Part shown: positions 1 to 7,464 of the stretch, piece after piece
Position numbering within the stretch: position 1 is the stretch's first letter
Layout of the letters: every line of letters starts with the position of its first letter
Origin: an uncultured virus (IMG/VR IMGVR_UViG_3300043473_000054)
Lineage: Duplodnaviria > Heunggongvirae > Uroviricota > Caudoviricetes
Strand: one strand, 5' to 3'
DNA: 20,101 bases
IMG/VR virus record: IMGVR_UViG_3300043473_000054
The notes under the pieces: generated by a model
Told to the model about the DNA's origin: nothing
Seen by the model: only the letters and a program-made list of their open reading frames with translations
The model's database searches: none
Made by a program: the position numbers and the translations under genes

Positions 1-236
1 CTTTCGAGCGCGTCCTTGGCCATGCTCTCAAGCTTGAGCAGGAGGTGGGCTAGGTAATGATCATCGGGTGCGCCATCGCCGTAGTCGCCGCATATCTCGG
101 CGATGTCGGTGAGGGCTGAGTGCAGGTCGGCGATGACGCTGGCCTGCTGGGCGATCTCAGCCTCCATCTGCTTTTTCTCCTCCTCCGGGCTCACGTAGTA
201 TGGATCGTCGTCGTCGCGGGTGCGTAGGTAGCTCAT
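1..236 (-). CDS. Hypothetical early-left protein (3' end outside the window)
   Basis: Read manually: MSYLRTRDDDDPYYVSPEEEKKQMEAEIAQQASVIADLHSALTDIAEICG...; ATG overlaps the TGA of the upstream gene (ATGA), GGAGGAG SD. Confidence 0.75.
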   Translation of the reverse strand, partial: MSYLRTRDDDDPYYVSPEEEKKQMEAEIAQQASVIADLHSALTDIAEICGDYGDGAPDDHYLAHLLLKLESMAKDALE

Positions 237-523
237 TGCTCCTCCTCAACCAGGCGGTTCGTCTCGCGATCGAAGAACCAGTCTTCGATGGCGCTCTGGA
301 TTGTCCACGCGAGTGCGTCATTCTCTGCTTCGGAGAAGGGCACGTGGTCGGCGAGGAACTGCTCGGCGAGGAGGTGGCACTTGGGATCGTAGGATCGCGG
401 TTTCGGCGGCATGCGCAGTCCTGTCGGTTGGAGTTTCCCTTTGGCGGCGGCGCGGGCGAGGGCCGCATTGCCGTCCCGCAGGTCTTCGAAAGCGGCGCGG
501 AAGAGGGGGTGAAGGTTTTTCAT
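233..523 (-). CDS. Hypothetical early-left protein (96 aa)
   Basis: MKNLHPLFRAAFEDL...LVEEEQ; ATGA overlaps at both ends favour start 523 over the ORF-track start 727. Confidence 0.7.
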   Translation of the reverse strand: MKNLHPLFRAAFEDLRDGNAALARAAAKGKLQPTGLRMPPKPRSYDPKCHLLAEQFLADHVPFSEAENDALAWTIQSAIEDWFFDRETNRLVEEEQ

Positions 524-636
524 CTCGCCACCCACGCTGCGATATCCGGCGCGAAGCCGTAGAGGATGAGCGCGATCGCGACGTTGAAGACGGCGAGCGC
601 GAGGAGCGACAGGATGTCGTCGAGGATGGGAGGCAT
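520..636 (-). CDS. Small single-pass membrane peptide (38 aa)
   Basis: MPPILDDILSLLALAVFNVAIALILYGFAPDIAAWVAR; one hydrophobic span; fills the gap between two genes and is coupled to the downstream one by ATGA. Confidence 0.6.
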   Translation of the reverse strand: MPPILDDILSLLALAVFNVAIALILYGFAPDIAAWVAR

Positions 637-641
637 GGCTC

Positions 642-851
642 TCATTTCCATTGCCTCTCAAGGGCAGTCTTTGCGGTCTTCTCCACCCAGCGAACGAGAC
701 TTGAGGCAGAGGGGTGGCGAGGATCATCCCAGTCTCGGCATTGCTCCACGATGGCGTCTAGGGCTTTGGCGAGGCGGTTGCGTTGACGGGCGGCACTTTC
801 ATACGCCTTCTGATATTCGTCGGCGTTCGGCTGCTGGAAGATGTCGCTCAC
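642..851 (-). CDS. Hypothetical early-left protein (69 aa)
   Basis: GTG start overlapping the upstream TGA, GAGGAGGGG SD; helical sequence. Confidence 0.7.
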   Translation of the reverse strand: MSDIFQQPNADEYQKAYESAARQRNRLAKALDAIVEQCRDWDDPRHPSASSLVRWVEKTAKTALERQWK

Positions 852-1198
852 CAGCCCCTCCTCTCGGCATCGAGCAGGTAGTTGATCGCCTTCTCCGGGC
901 TGCTGAAGCCGTCAGAGTAGAAACCGCAGGCGTTGCGGGGGTATCGCGGGTGCTCCGCGCCGACTATCTCGTAGTCGCCTGAGTAGGCTCCTCCGCGCGT
1001 CTGCTGGATGCAGAACTTATGGCCGGAAGCAAAGGTGACGACGTGGACGTATTCGCCGCGCGAGCCGCTCCACATCTCCTCGACGGTGGGCTCCGGCGGC
1101 AGCTCGTCCTCGTCCTCCGGCTCCGGGCCGAGGAACTCGTCGGCCGGGTTGGTAGCGCGAAAGCTATCGTTCGTTCTGTGCAGCACGGCTCGCTCCAT
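848..1198 (-). CDS. Hypothetical acidic protein, first gene of the leftward early operon (116 aa)
   Basis: ORF directly downstream of the putative PL promoter/operator; coupled to the next gene. Confidence 0.7.
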   Translation of the reverse strand: MERAVLHRTNDSFRATNPADEFLGPEPEDEDELPPEPTVEEMWSGSRGEYVHVVTFASGHKFCIQQTRGGAYSGDYEIVGAEHPRYPRNACGFYSDGFSSPEKAINYLLDAERRGW

Positions 1199-1213
1199 CG
1201 ATCTGATGAAGCA

Positions 1214-1242
1214 GGCATACTAAAACATTGTTTTAGACGCAA
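1214..1242 (-). promoter_or_regulatory. PL-like promoter with 17-bp repressor operator in the spacer
   Basis: Minus strand TTGCGT-N17-TATGCC; the N17 is the perfect palindrome CTAAAACA-T-TGTTTTAG (1220-1236), nearly identical to 1910-1926. Confidence 0.75.
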
Positions 1243-1337
1243 GCCCCTTTTTCAAATAATTTGGGAAAACGAAAATCCCATGGAATTCGCAGGGGGCCGC
1301 TGTGATAATCTATCGCAGGAGAACGGGGAGAGAACAA

Positions 1338-1574
1338 ATGCTGGTTCATGAGCGCGACCTCAACGAGTCCCGGATCAAGGAACTGAAAAAGCTGGCGCTT
1401 CAGGTTGTCCCGTTGCTCCCCGACGATCAGAACGAGGCAGAATACGTGCTCGGCCTAGCGTGGGTCCACGTGGCCTTTCTGAATGAGCACAAGACGCCGA
1501 GTGAGATCGCCGAAGAGACAGTGATGGACAAGACTGTCCTGGAATTCAAGCGGACTGGCTCTTCGCGTCCGTGA
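1338..1574 (+). CDS. Hypothetical immunity-region protein (78 aa), convergent on the repressor
   Basis: GGGGAG SD before ATG 1338; extended -10-like TGTGATAAT at 1301-1309; overlaps the repressor 3' end by 29 bp. Confidence 0.7.
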   Translation: MLVHERDLNESRIKELKKLALQVVPLLPDDQNEAEYVLGLAWVHVAFLNEHKTPSEIAEETVMDKTVLEFKRTGSSRP

Positions 1575-1854
1575 CGGGAAACATCTTGTCATAAAGGCTG
1601 CGGGGAAGCCCGCCAGTGTCCCCCAGGTAGAGGAAATTGCTGTCTACCCGGAGAAGCTGGAATATCTTGACCGCATAACTGGGGGGCACCATCGCGATGC
1701 CGTGCTCCCAGTTCGATAAATTCCCCGCAGCCGGCAATTTCAGACGCTGGGCAAATTCCACCTGAGAGAACCCGGCAGCTTCGCGGGCCGCTCGCAGACG
1801 CTTCCCCACTTCCAATGCAAACGGATCTCGGGGACGCGGGGCCATCTCAGCCAT
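1546..1854 (-). CDS. cI: CI-like XRE-family HTH repressor (about 102 aa, no S24 peptidase domain)
   Basis: VGKRLRAAREAAGFSQVEFAQRLKLPAAGNLSNWEHG...LRVDSNFLYLG XRE HTH signature; divergent from the Cro-like gene; start uncertain (1854 or 1845). Confidence 0.85.
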   Translation of the reverse strand: MAEMAPRPRDPFALEVGKRLRAAREAAGFSQVEFAQRLKLPAAGNLSNWEHGIAMVPPSYAVKIFQLLRVDSNFLYLGDTGGLPRSLYDKMFPVTDAKSQSA

Positions 1855-1886
1855 TGGGGTAGTCCAATATGATTTTTGGCGTCTAT

Positions 1887-1929
1887 CTAACAGATTGTGA
1901 TTGACCGGCCTAAAACATGGTTTTAGAAA
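1887..1929 (+). promoter_or_regulatory. PR-like promoter and OR operators
   Basis: TTGACC (1901-1906)-N17-TAGAAA (1924-1929); operator CTAAAACATGGTTTTAG at 1910-1926; degenerate copy (12/17 to the 1220 site) at 1887-1903. Confidence 0.75.
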
Positions 1930-1936
1930 CGCCGAC

Positions 1937-2188
1937 ATGTCAAGTTACATTCGGACGGTTCCTGAACTGATTGCGCATTTCGGCGGGCTGACGCGGATGG
2001 CTATCGTGCTCCGAACGTCGCCGCAGAACATCGTCCACTGGCGGACGAAGGGGCGCATTCCGGCGATTTTCTACAAGGTGCATCGCAAGCAGCTTGAGGC
2101 GGCCAACCGGGATCTCAAAGTCTCGGACGACCTCTGGGGCTTTCGCGATCCTGCGCAATTGAGCAGCCCACGGCGGAGGGCTGAGTAA
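1937..2188 (+). CDS. cro: Cro-like HTH regulator (83 aa)
   Basis: TVPELIAHFGGLTRMAIVLRTSPQNIVHWRTKGRIPA Cro-type HTH pattern; divergent from the repressor. Confidence 0.8.
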   Translation: MSSYIRTVPELIAHFGGLTRMAIVLRTSPQNIVHWRTKGRIPAIFYKVHRKQLEAANRDLKVSDDLWGFRDPAQLSSPRRRAE

Positions 2189-2425
2189 ATGGCACTTAAA
2201 ACCACTCTGACGACAGAGGAAGTCCACAAGGTCGCATACCTGCACCATGTCTTGGGGGTCGAGCAGCATGTCTTGTCGGTCGCTTTTTCCGTCAACGTGG
2301 GCCGCATATCCGAGGCTTGCATTGCAATGGAATATGCCGCCCGCGATGTGCCGGCAGTCTATCAGCAGGCGAGGCAAAGCCGCTCGGAGTTCCCCAGACT
2401 GATTGATGACGAGGCGGCCGAATGA
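2189..2425 (+). CDS. Hypothetical protein, possibly HTH DNA-binding (CII position)
   Basis: GGAGGG SD; abuts the cro stop; HTH-like segment QHVLSVAFSVNVGRISEA. Confidence 0.7.
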   Translation: MALKTTLTTEEVHKVAYLHHVLGVEQHVLSVAFSVNVGRISEACIAMEYAARDVPAVYQQARQSRSEFPRLIDDEAAE

Positions 2426-2676
2426 CCGCCACCATCCACCCCTTCCATAGGACAGGCTCGGCTCCGGGTCCTCGTGGCCGAGCTTCAGGCCGGGTGGAGT
2501 GCGAGCTTCACCCGGCTGCTCTCCAGCAGCAGGAGGAGGCGATGCGTGACGCGCGCCGCAAGCTCGCCGAGTGCTGGGAGCTGCGCGCCGAAAGCCGGCG
2601 CATCCAGCGCGACTACGAGGAGCGGAAGCTGAAAATAGAGGATCTCATGCGGCGCTACGACGTGGAGCGGGCATGA
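2422..2676 (+). CDS. Hypothetical coiled-coil protein (84 aa)
   Basis: ATGA overlaps at both ends. Confidence 0.65.
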   Translation: MTATIHPFHRTGSAPGPRGRASGRVECELHPAALQQQEEAMRDARRKLAECWELRAESRRIQRDYEERKLKIEDLMRRYDVERA

Positions 2677-3107
2677 AACAGCCGCAAGCCGTGAAGAAGC
2701 TTCTGAGGGAGTCCGAACGGGATTTCACCCAGCTTCGCCGCCAGATGCGGAAGGCCAAGGGGCAGCAGCTGAAGCTTCTGGTCACGGAAGCCCCGGCTGC
2801 GGAATTTCTGCTCAGGGAAACGCGCTTCATGCGCGCTGCAGTGGAAATGATCGCCGCAGCTTTTTACTCTTTTTCTGATCCCGCCGCCGAGGAGCGGACG
2901 TGTTTTGGCTGCCTCAAGCCGTGGAGCCCCGAGCGGGCGATCGCGACAATAGTGGCTATCGAGTTCCTCGGTCGAAGCCCTGTGCCGGGAATGCTTGCTG
3001 GCCTGTGTGACGAGTGCGCCGGAAAGCAGGATTTGATGCTGGAAGCCTGCCGCCGCGACTTTGGTGATCTGCGGGTGGAGCATGTGCATGCGGCGGGGCA
3101 GGCATGA
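2673..3107 (+). CDS. Hypothetical protein with two CxxC motifs (144 aa)
   Basis: CFGC...CDEC putative zinc site; ATGA coupling sets the start at 2673. Confidence 0.7.
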   Translation: MKQPQAVKKLLRESERDFTQLRRQMRKAKGQQLKLLVTEAPAAEFLLRETRFMRAAVEMIAAAFYSFSDPAAEERTCFGCLKPWSPERAIATIVAIEFLGRSPVPGMLAGLCDECAGKQDLMLEACRRDFGDLRVEHVHAAGQA

Positions 3108-3343
3108 GCGCGGACGCAGCATTCCTTCAGCGGCTTGCTCAAGCCGTTCAGACCCAACACGAAGCGACGATGGCGCTGCAACAGCTCGCCACCGAGCTGA
3201 TCGATCACTGTTCAAGAATGCGCCAGTTCACCGACAGGCTGCACGTCATGACGCGGCAGGAAGCAATGCTGGAGCCACCGCGTGACGAGCCGCTGAACGT
3301 GCCGAAATTTATGAAAAACGGCCCTATTCTTGGCGAACGATGA
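3104..3343 (+). CDS. Hypothetical protein (79 aa)
   Basis: ATGA-coupled helical ORF in the early-right operon. Confidence 0.65.
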   Translation: MSADAAFLQRLAQAVQTQHEATMALQQLATELIDHCSRMRQFTDRLHVMTRQEAMLEPPRDEPLNVPKFMKNGPILGER

Positions 3344-3344
3344 G

Positions 3345-3905
3345 ATGGGCAACTGCCGCATCCATGACTGGAGTGACGCGCGGATTGCGCTGCTGACGGA
3401 GCTGTGGCTCGGCGGCGTGACGGGCGGCGAGATCGGCCGCCAGATGGGCGTCTCGCGTAGTGCCTGCATGGGCAAGCTTCGCAGGCTCGGCCTGCTGCGC
3501 CAGGACCGGCCGCGGATGCCGATCGTACGGCGGGTTGCTCGGCTGCTCAAATCAAGTGAGCAAGTGAGCAGGCCGCCGGAAAAGGTGCCGAATAAACGGC
3601 ATTTACGGCAGAACAAGCGGCCGCTGCCACCGCCGGAGCCATACCGGGCGCCTCCGCCGCCGCCCGTGCCGGCGATCGGCAGCTTTGATCTGCTCGACTT
3701 GCGAGCGGGACATTGCCGCTGGCCAGGGCCGCAAGACAGCCCCCCGTGGACCTTCTGTGGAGCGCGCCAGGCGTTCGACAGCAGCTACTGCCCAGAGCAC
3801 CACGCCCTAGCCCATAACCGCGGCAGCCAGCGCGACTTCGACCGCCAGGCCGAGCAGGCGCTCGCGGGCAAGCTCTTCGCCTCCCGCGCGGGCATTGAGC
3901 AATGA
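3345..3905 (+). CDS. gcrA: GcrA-family cell-cycle regulator homologue
   Basis: N-terminal DWSDARIALLTELWLGGVTGGEIGRQMGVSRSACMGKLRRLGL and C-terminal LLDLRAGHCRWP...FCGA...SYCPEHHALAH match both GcrA domains. Confidence 0.92.
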   Translation: MGNCRIHDWSDARIALLTELWLGGVTGGEIGRQMGVSRSACMGKLRRLGLLRQDRPRMPIVRRVARLLKSSEQVSRPPEKVPNKRHLRQNKRPLPPPEPYRAPPPPPVPAIGSFDLLDLRAGHCRWPGPQDSPPWTFCGARQAFDSSYCPEHHALAHNRGSQRDFDRQAEQALAGKLFASRAGIEQ

Positions 3906-4348
3906 GCAAGCTGCGCCGCACCGTGGTTTCGCTGGCCGAGGCGAACGCCTTCGTGACGGCGCACCATCGCCATCACCAGCATGTCGTCGGGCACAAGTTC
4001 GCCATTGGCGCGGTCGCAGACGGGACGCTTGTCGGGGTCGTCATTGTCGGCCGGCCTGTCTCGCGCATGCGGGACGATGGCAAGACACTGGAGGTGACGC
4101 GGCTCTGCACAGACGGCAGCAAGAACGCCTGCTCGTTCCTATATGGCTGCGCGGCCCGTGCGGCCTTCGCGCTCGGGTATGAGCGCATCGGGACATACAT
4201 CCGGCTGGACGAGCCTGGCACGTCGCTGGTGGCGGCTGGGTGGCGAAGAATGGGCCTTGCCGGCGGCGGTTCATGGGACAGGCCGAGCCGCCTGCGCACC
4301 GACAAGACAGAACCCGTGCAGCGCCAACTATTCGAGCTGGCCGCATGA
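3902..4348 (+). CDS. XF1762-family (Mom/GNAT-like) protein
   Basis: EANAFVTAHHRHHQHVVGHKFAIG...GVVIVGRPVSR..DDGKTLEVTRLCTDGSKNACSFLYG...E.GTSL.AAGW motifs. Confidence 0.8.
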   Translation: MSKLRRTVVSLAEANAFVTAHHRHHQHVVGHKFAIGAVADGTLVGVVIVGRPVSRMRDDGKTLEVTRLCTDGSKNACSFLYGCAARAAFALGYERIGTYIRLDEPGTSLVAAGWRRMGLAGGGSWDRPSRLRTDKTEPVQRQLFELAA

Positions 4349-4542
4349 GCATGCGCCTCGTCCCCTACGCCGGAACGGAGCGGCAGCGGCTCTTGCTGCG
4401 CAGCTACACCGAATTGCTGGAGGAGATCCTACTGCGGCAGCGGCGGGGAAGGCTGCTCTCCGAAATAGGCGATAGGCTCGGCTCGCGCGAGATCGTGCGG
4501 TCGGTGCTGCTGCGCTGGCTGTTCGAGGTTCCTGATGCGTGA
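4345..4542 (+). CDS. Hypothetical protein (65 aa)
   Basis: MSMRLVPYAGTERQRLLL...; ATGA overlap with the upstream gene. Confidence 0.55.
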   Translation: MSMRLVPYAGTERQRLLLRSYTELLEEILLRQRRGRLLSEIGDRLGSREIVRSVLLRWLFEVPDA

Positions 4543-4608
4543 ACGCAACGGGAACATTGTGTCTTTCATGTTTTGGCGTGGCTCGCAAACCGCTCCAGAG
4601 TCAGTGCC

Positions 4609-5049
4609 ATGAAGCACGCCAGAGACCTTTTTGGCCATGTGATCAAGGGGCCGCGCGAGGATGCGATCCATGCCGGCATAGTCGAATATCTTTGTCTCTG
4701 CGCGCACCCGAAACTGCTTTGGCTGCACGTGCCAAATTCCGCGATGGTGAAGCCCTCGGCGCGAATGTATTTCGCTCGCCTCGGCGTGCTTCCAGGCGTC
4801 GCTGATCTGCTCTTCGTGCTGCCGGACAAGTCCGTCGCCTTCATGGAGATAAAAGGCCCTGACGGCCGGCTGAGCGAGGCGCAGCAAGCCTTCCAGGCGA
4901 AGTGCGCGCTGCTGAAGCTGAAGTATCGCGTCGTGCGCTCGATCAGCGAGGCGGAGGAGGTACTCCGCGACTGGAATGCGCTGCGCGGCCCGGCCATGGA
5001 CAAAAACTGCGAACCGGCTGCCGATAGAGGGTTGCGTAGCGTGGCGTAA
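4609..5049 (+). CDS. VRR-NUC domain nuclease (PD-(D/E)XK, putative Holliday junction resolvase)
   Basis: EDAIH...HVPN...GVLPGVADL...FMEIKGPDGRLSEAQQAF pattern. Confidence 0.88.
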   Translation: MKHARDLFGHVIKGPREDAIHAGIVEYLCLCAHPKLLWLHVPNSAMVKPSARMYFARLGVLPGVADLLFVLPDKSVAFMEIKGPDGRLSEAQQAFQAKCALLKLKYRVVRSISEAEEVLRDWNALRGPAMDKNCEPAADRGLRSVA

Positions 5050-5086
5050 AAAATATCAGGCCGAGGCCTCCCTGCCCCGGCCTGAT
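5047..5086 (-). terminator. Hairpin that reads as a minus-strand intrinsic terminator
   Basis: ATCAGGCCGAGGC/GCCCCGGCCTGAT stem (5055-5086) preceded on the plus strand by AAAAAA, giving a U-tract on the minus strand. Confidence 0.55.
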
Positions 5087-5133
5087 TAACTGAAGCCTGA
5101 ACTGGAGGCCTCAAGTGTTATTACAGCATAGAT

Positions 5134-6048
5134 ATGGCTGACTTTCCAGCCCTGCCTTTATGGACGGACGCCTATCTGGCGGACACTGCCGACCTCGATG
5201 CATGCGAGCACGGCTGCTACCTGATCCTGCTGATGATCTCGTGGCGGCGGCATGATTGTGCGCTGCCAAATGACCTGAAATGGATGCAGCGATCGCTCAA
5301 TGCATATTGCGGCGGGAGTATTCACGGCAACCGCTTCAACAGCATCGTTCCGAAGCTTCTGGAGCGCTTCTTCCAACTAGGTCCGGACGGGAAATTTCAC
5401 CAGAAAAGACTACGAAAAGAGCGCGATTTCGTTTTGAATTTCTCTAGAACTCAATCCGAAATCGCTAAGAAACGGTGGGCCAAAGTAAGGAAAGACAAAG
5501 AGTTAGCTGATGCCGTGGCAATGCCGGCTGGCAATGCCCCCACACCCACACCCACACCTATAGTAAGAGAAGATGCTAACGCATCTTTGTCCGAAACGAG
5601 TTCGGACACGCTCGCCAACGAGACGCCAAAACGAAGAAAGCGGGTTAGCTACCCTCCAGACTTCGAGGCGTTCTGGACAGCGTTTCCGACTGATGCCCTG
5701 ATGTCGAAGAAGGCCGCAGGGCTGGTCTGGTCACGAATGTCGGAGGACGTGCGCCAGTTGGCGATGGCGTCCTTGGCAGCATTCCGGGCCTATTGCACGA
5801 GCAAGCCGGATTACCGGCCTGTCCACGCGGTTAGATACCTCACGCAGGAGCGCTTCGTCGGCTTCAGCGAGGTGGTAAGCAAGGCCGCCGGGAAGGTTTT
5901 TGTCGCCAAGGGCACTCCGCAATGGACGGCCTGGCAACGTGTCCAGCACAGCTCCTGCGTGACGTCCGCCGAGCATCGGCAAGATGGTTGGTGGTTCGAG
6001 AGCGAATGGCCAAACGGGGAGCATTCGGATGAGCGAAAAACCGCGTGA
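5134..6048 (+). CDS. DUF1376 (YdaU-like) phage replication initiator-type protein
   Basis: MADFPALPLWTDAYLADTADLDACEHGCYLILLMISW...LPND...QKRL..ER N-terminus; PTPTPTP linker; YPPDFEAFWTAFP...SKKAA C-terminal domain. Confidence 0.85.
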   Translation: MADFPALPLWTDAYLADTADLDACEHGCYLILLMISWRRHDCALPNDLKWMQRSLNAYCGGSIHGNRFNSIVPKLLERFFQLGPDGKFHQKRLRKERDFVLNFSRTQSEIAKKRWAKVRKDKELADAVAMPAGNAPTPTPTPIVREDANASLSETSSDTLANETPKRRKRVSYPPDFEAFWTAFPTDALMSKKAAGLVWSRMSEDVRQLAMASLAAFRAYCTSKPDYRPVHAVRYLTQERFVGFSEVVSKAAGKVFVAKGTPQWTAWQRVQHSSCVTSAEHRQDGWWFESEWPNGEHSDERKTA

Positions 6049-6217
6049 GTTGGAGATGCCGACGGTGGAAGTTGCGGCTGCTCCGTCGCCTGAACTGCTA
6101 GCCTTGCTGCGGCGCAAGGCATGGCTGAAGCGGCGGGAGGAGGAGGGGGATCATCCGCCGGCCGACGCTGTCGATCCGCAAGCGTGGCGCTTCGAGACGG
6201 CCGATACGCACGTATAA
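6029..6217 (+). CDS. Hypothetical protein (62 aa)
   Basis: GGGGAG SD before ATG 6029; overlaps the end of the replication gene. Confidence 0.55.
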   Translation: MSEKPRELEMPTVEVAAAPSPELLALLRRKAWLKRREEEGDHPPADAVDPQAWRFETADTHV

Positions 6218-6297
6218 GTTTCTTATCCGCGCGAACCGGCTTAACGGGCAGCGGGGGCCCTTCGACGGGCTCAGGGCAGGCTTACATGGGAGTTTTC

Positions 6298-6873
6298 ATG
6301 GCGCGGGCAGGGCGCAAGCGCAAGGACGTGGCGCGACGGCGCAAGCCTGGCACTGCGAAGCCTGAAGCCACACGCCGGCCTGTTCTCGTCGAGGACCGCA
6401 TGCGCGACGAGATCGAGCAGCGGATGGAAGCACGGCCACGCCGCCAATCTATCCGCGAGCCGGCGCCGCGAGTGGCGGAAACGCCGCTAGTTGCCATCAG
6501 TCGGCGGGATGTCGAGGAAAGGGTATTGCGAGCCTTAAAAACCCTGCGCGCATTACCGGACAAAGGCAGACGGGCACAAGCGGCGCATGGCGGCTGGCCG
6601 GACTATGTTCACGAAGCGATGGACGCCTACAACAGCGTTGAAGAGCGGGAGCGGTTTCAGCCAACTCCGCATGATATCTCTGACTATCTGAAGGCTCTTT
6701 CCTGGTGTCGGCACCTGCCGCGCAATGAGTGGAAATTGTTATGGTTTCGGTCGTTTGATCTATCGTTTGGACTAATAGGGGACTATATTGGCCGCAGCGA
6801 TGAGACTGCGCGGAGGCGTTATGAAGCGAGCATCACTGAAGTCTGGTATGCAGCAAATAACCACCGGGCGTGA
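6298..6873 (+). CDS. DUF6362-like putative late-gene regulator with C-terminal HTH (Q position)
   Basis: VEERVLRALKTLRALPD...WPDYVHE...PTPHDIS...ALSW...LSFGLIGDYIGRSDETARRRYEASI (sigma region 4-like HTH); lies before the late promoter. Confidence 0.7.
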   Translation: MARAGRKRKDVARRRKPGTAKPEATRRPVLVEDRMRDEIEQRMEARPRRQSIREPAPRVAETPLVAISRRDVEERVLRALKTLRALPDKGRRAQAAHGGWPDYVHEAMDAYNSVEERERFQPTPHDISDYLKALSWCRHLPRNEWKLLWFRSFDLSFGLIGDYIGRSDETARRRYEASITEVWYAANNHRA

Positions 6874-7360
6874 TGCTCTTCAGGACTATTTCCAAGACTA
6901 CACGAAATTGGTTTGGCTCGTGGACTGGCGAGCGGTTAAGCTTCCCTATTGCACGGTTTACGTTATCGCTCCGGAGGCTAGCTGGCCCAGCAAGGTCGGA
7001 ATAGCAGTTTGCGCCCGGAAGCGGGTTGCCGCGTTGCAATGCTCACACTGGAAGCGGCTGGCGGTGACGCACTGCTATTGGGCTCCGACGATTGCGGATG
7101 CGCGCAAGGTGGAGAAGAAAGCCCACGCTCTCATCAAGGACGAGCCGAACGGTTTTCTGCTTGGCGAGTGGTTCAACAAGAAGCCGAACGAGGCGGCAGA
7201 GGTGGTGCGCTTTGCAGCCCAATCGGTAGGGGTGGAGCTGAACGATACCATTGAGGACATGAATGCTCGGGAGAGCATCCGCGACCGGTGGCAGCAGGGC
7301 CTCTACGAGGAAACTGTCCGCATTGGGCACTACACGGGCTTCTTCGAGCGCAGGAAATAG
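6848..7360 (+). CDS. GIY-YIG superfamily (T5orf172/MUG113-like) protein
   Basis: VYVIA...SKVGIA...RKRVAALQ...ARKVEKKAHALI...GEWF motifs. Confidence 0.8.
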   Translation: MQQITTGRDALQDYFQDYTKLVWLVDWRAVKLPYCTVYVIAPEASWPSKVGIAVCARKRVAALQCSHWKRLAVTHCYWAPTIADARKVEKKAHALIKDEPNGFLLGEWFNKKPNEAAEVVRFAAQSVGVELNDTIEDMNARESIRDRWQQGLYEETVRIGHYTGFFERRK

Positions 7361-7363
7361 CAT

Positions 7364-7397
7364 TTGACAGTTGTGTGGCACTCGTGGCACTCGTAGC
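7364..7397 (+). promoter_or_regulatory. Putative late promoter with tandem 9-bp repeats
   Basis: Consensus TTGACA (7364-7369) followed by GTGGCACTC x2 plus partial GTAGC (7375-7397); no canonical -10. Confidence 0.5.
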
Positions 7398-7421
7398 GAA
7401 TTCAAGCAAATGCTTGCCAAC

Positions 7422-7458
7422 AACCCGCCCGGTAATTCCGCGGCGGGTTTTTTCATTT
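7422..7458 (+). terminator. Rho-independent terminator
   Basis: AACCCGCC-CGG-TAATT-CCG-C-GGCGGGTT followed by TTTTCATTT. Confidence 0.85.
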
Positions 7459-7464
7459 CTGAAA

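Noticed and set aside
5538..5560. CCCACA repeats as replication iterons
   Set aside because: Explained by the PTPTPTP linker; no adjacent AT-rich unwinding element is clear
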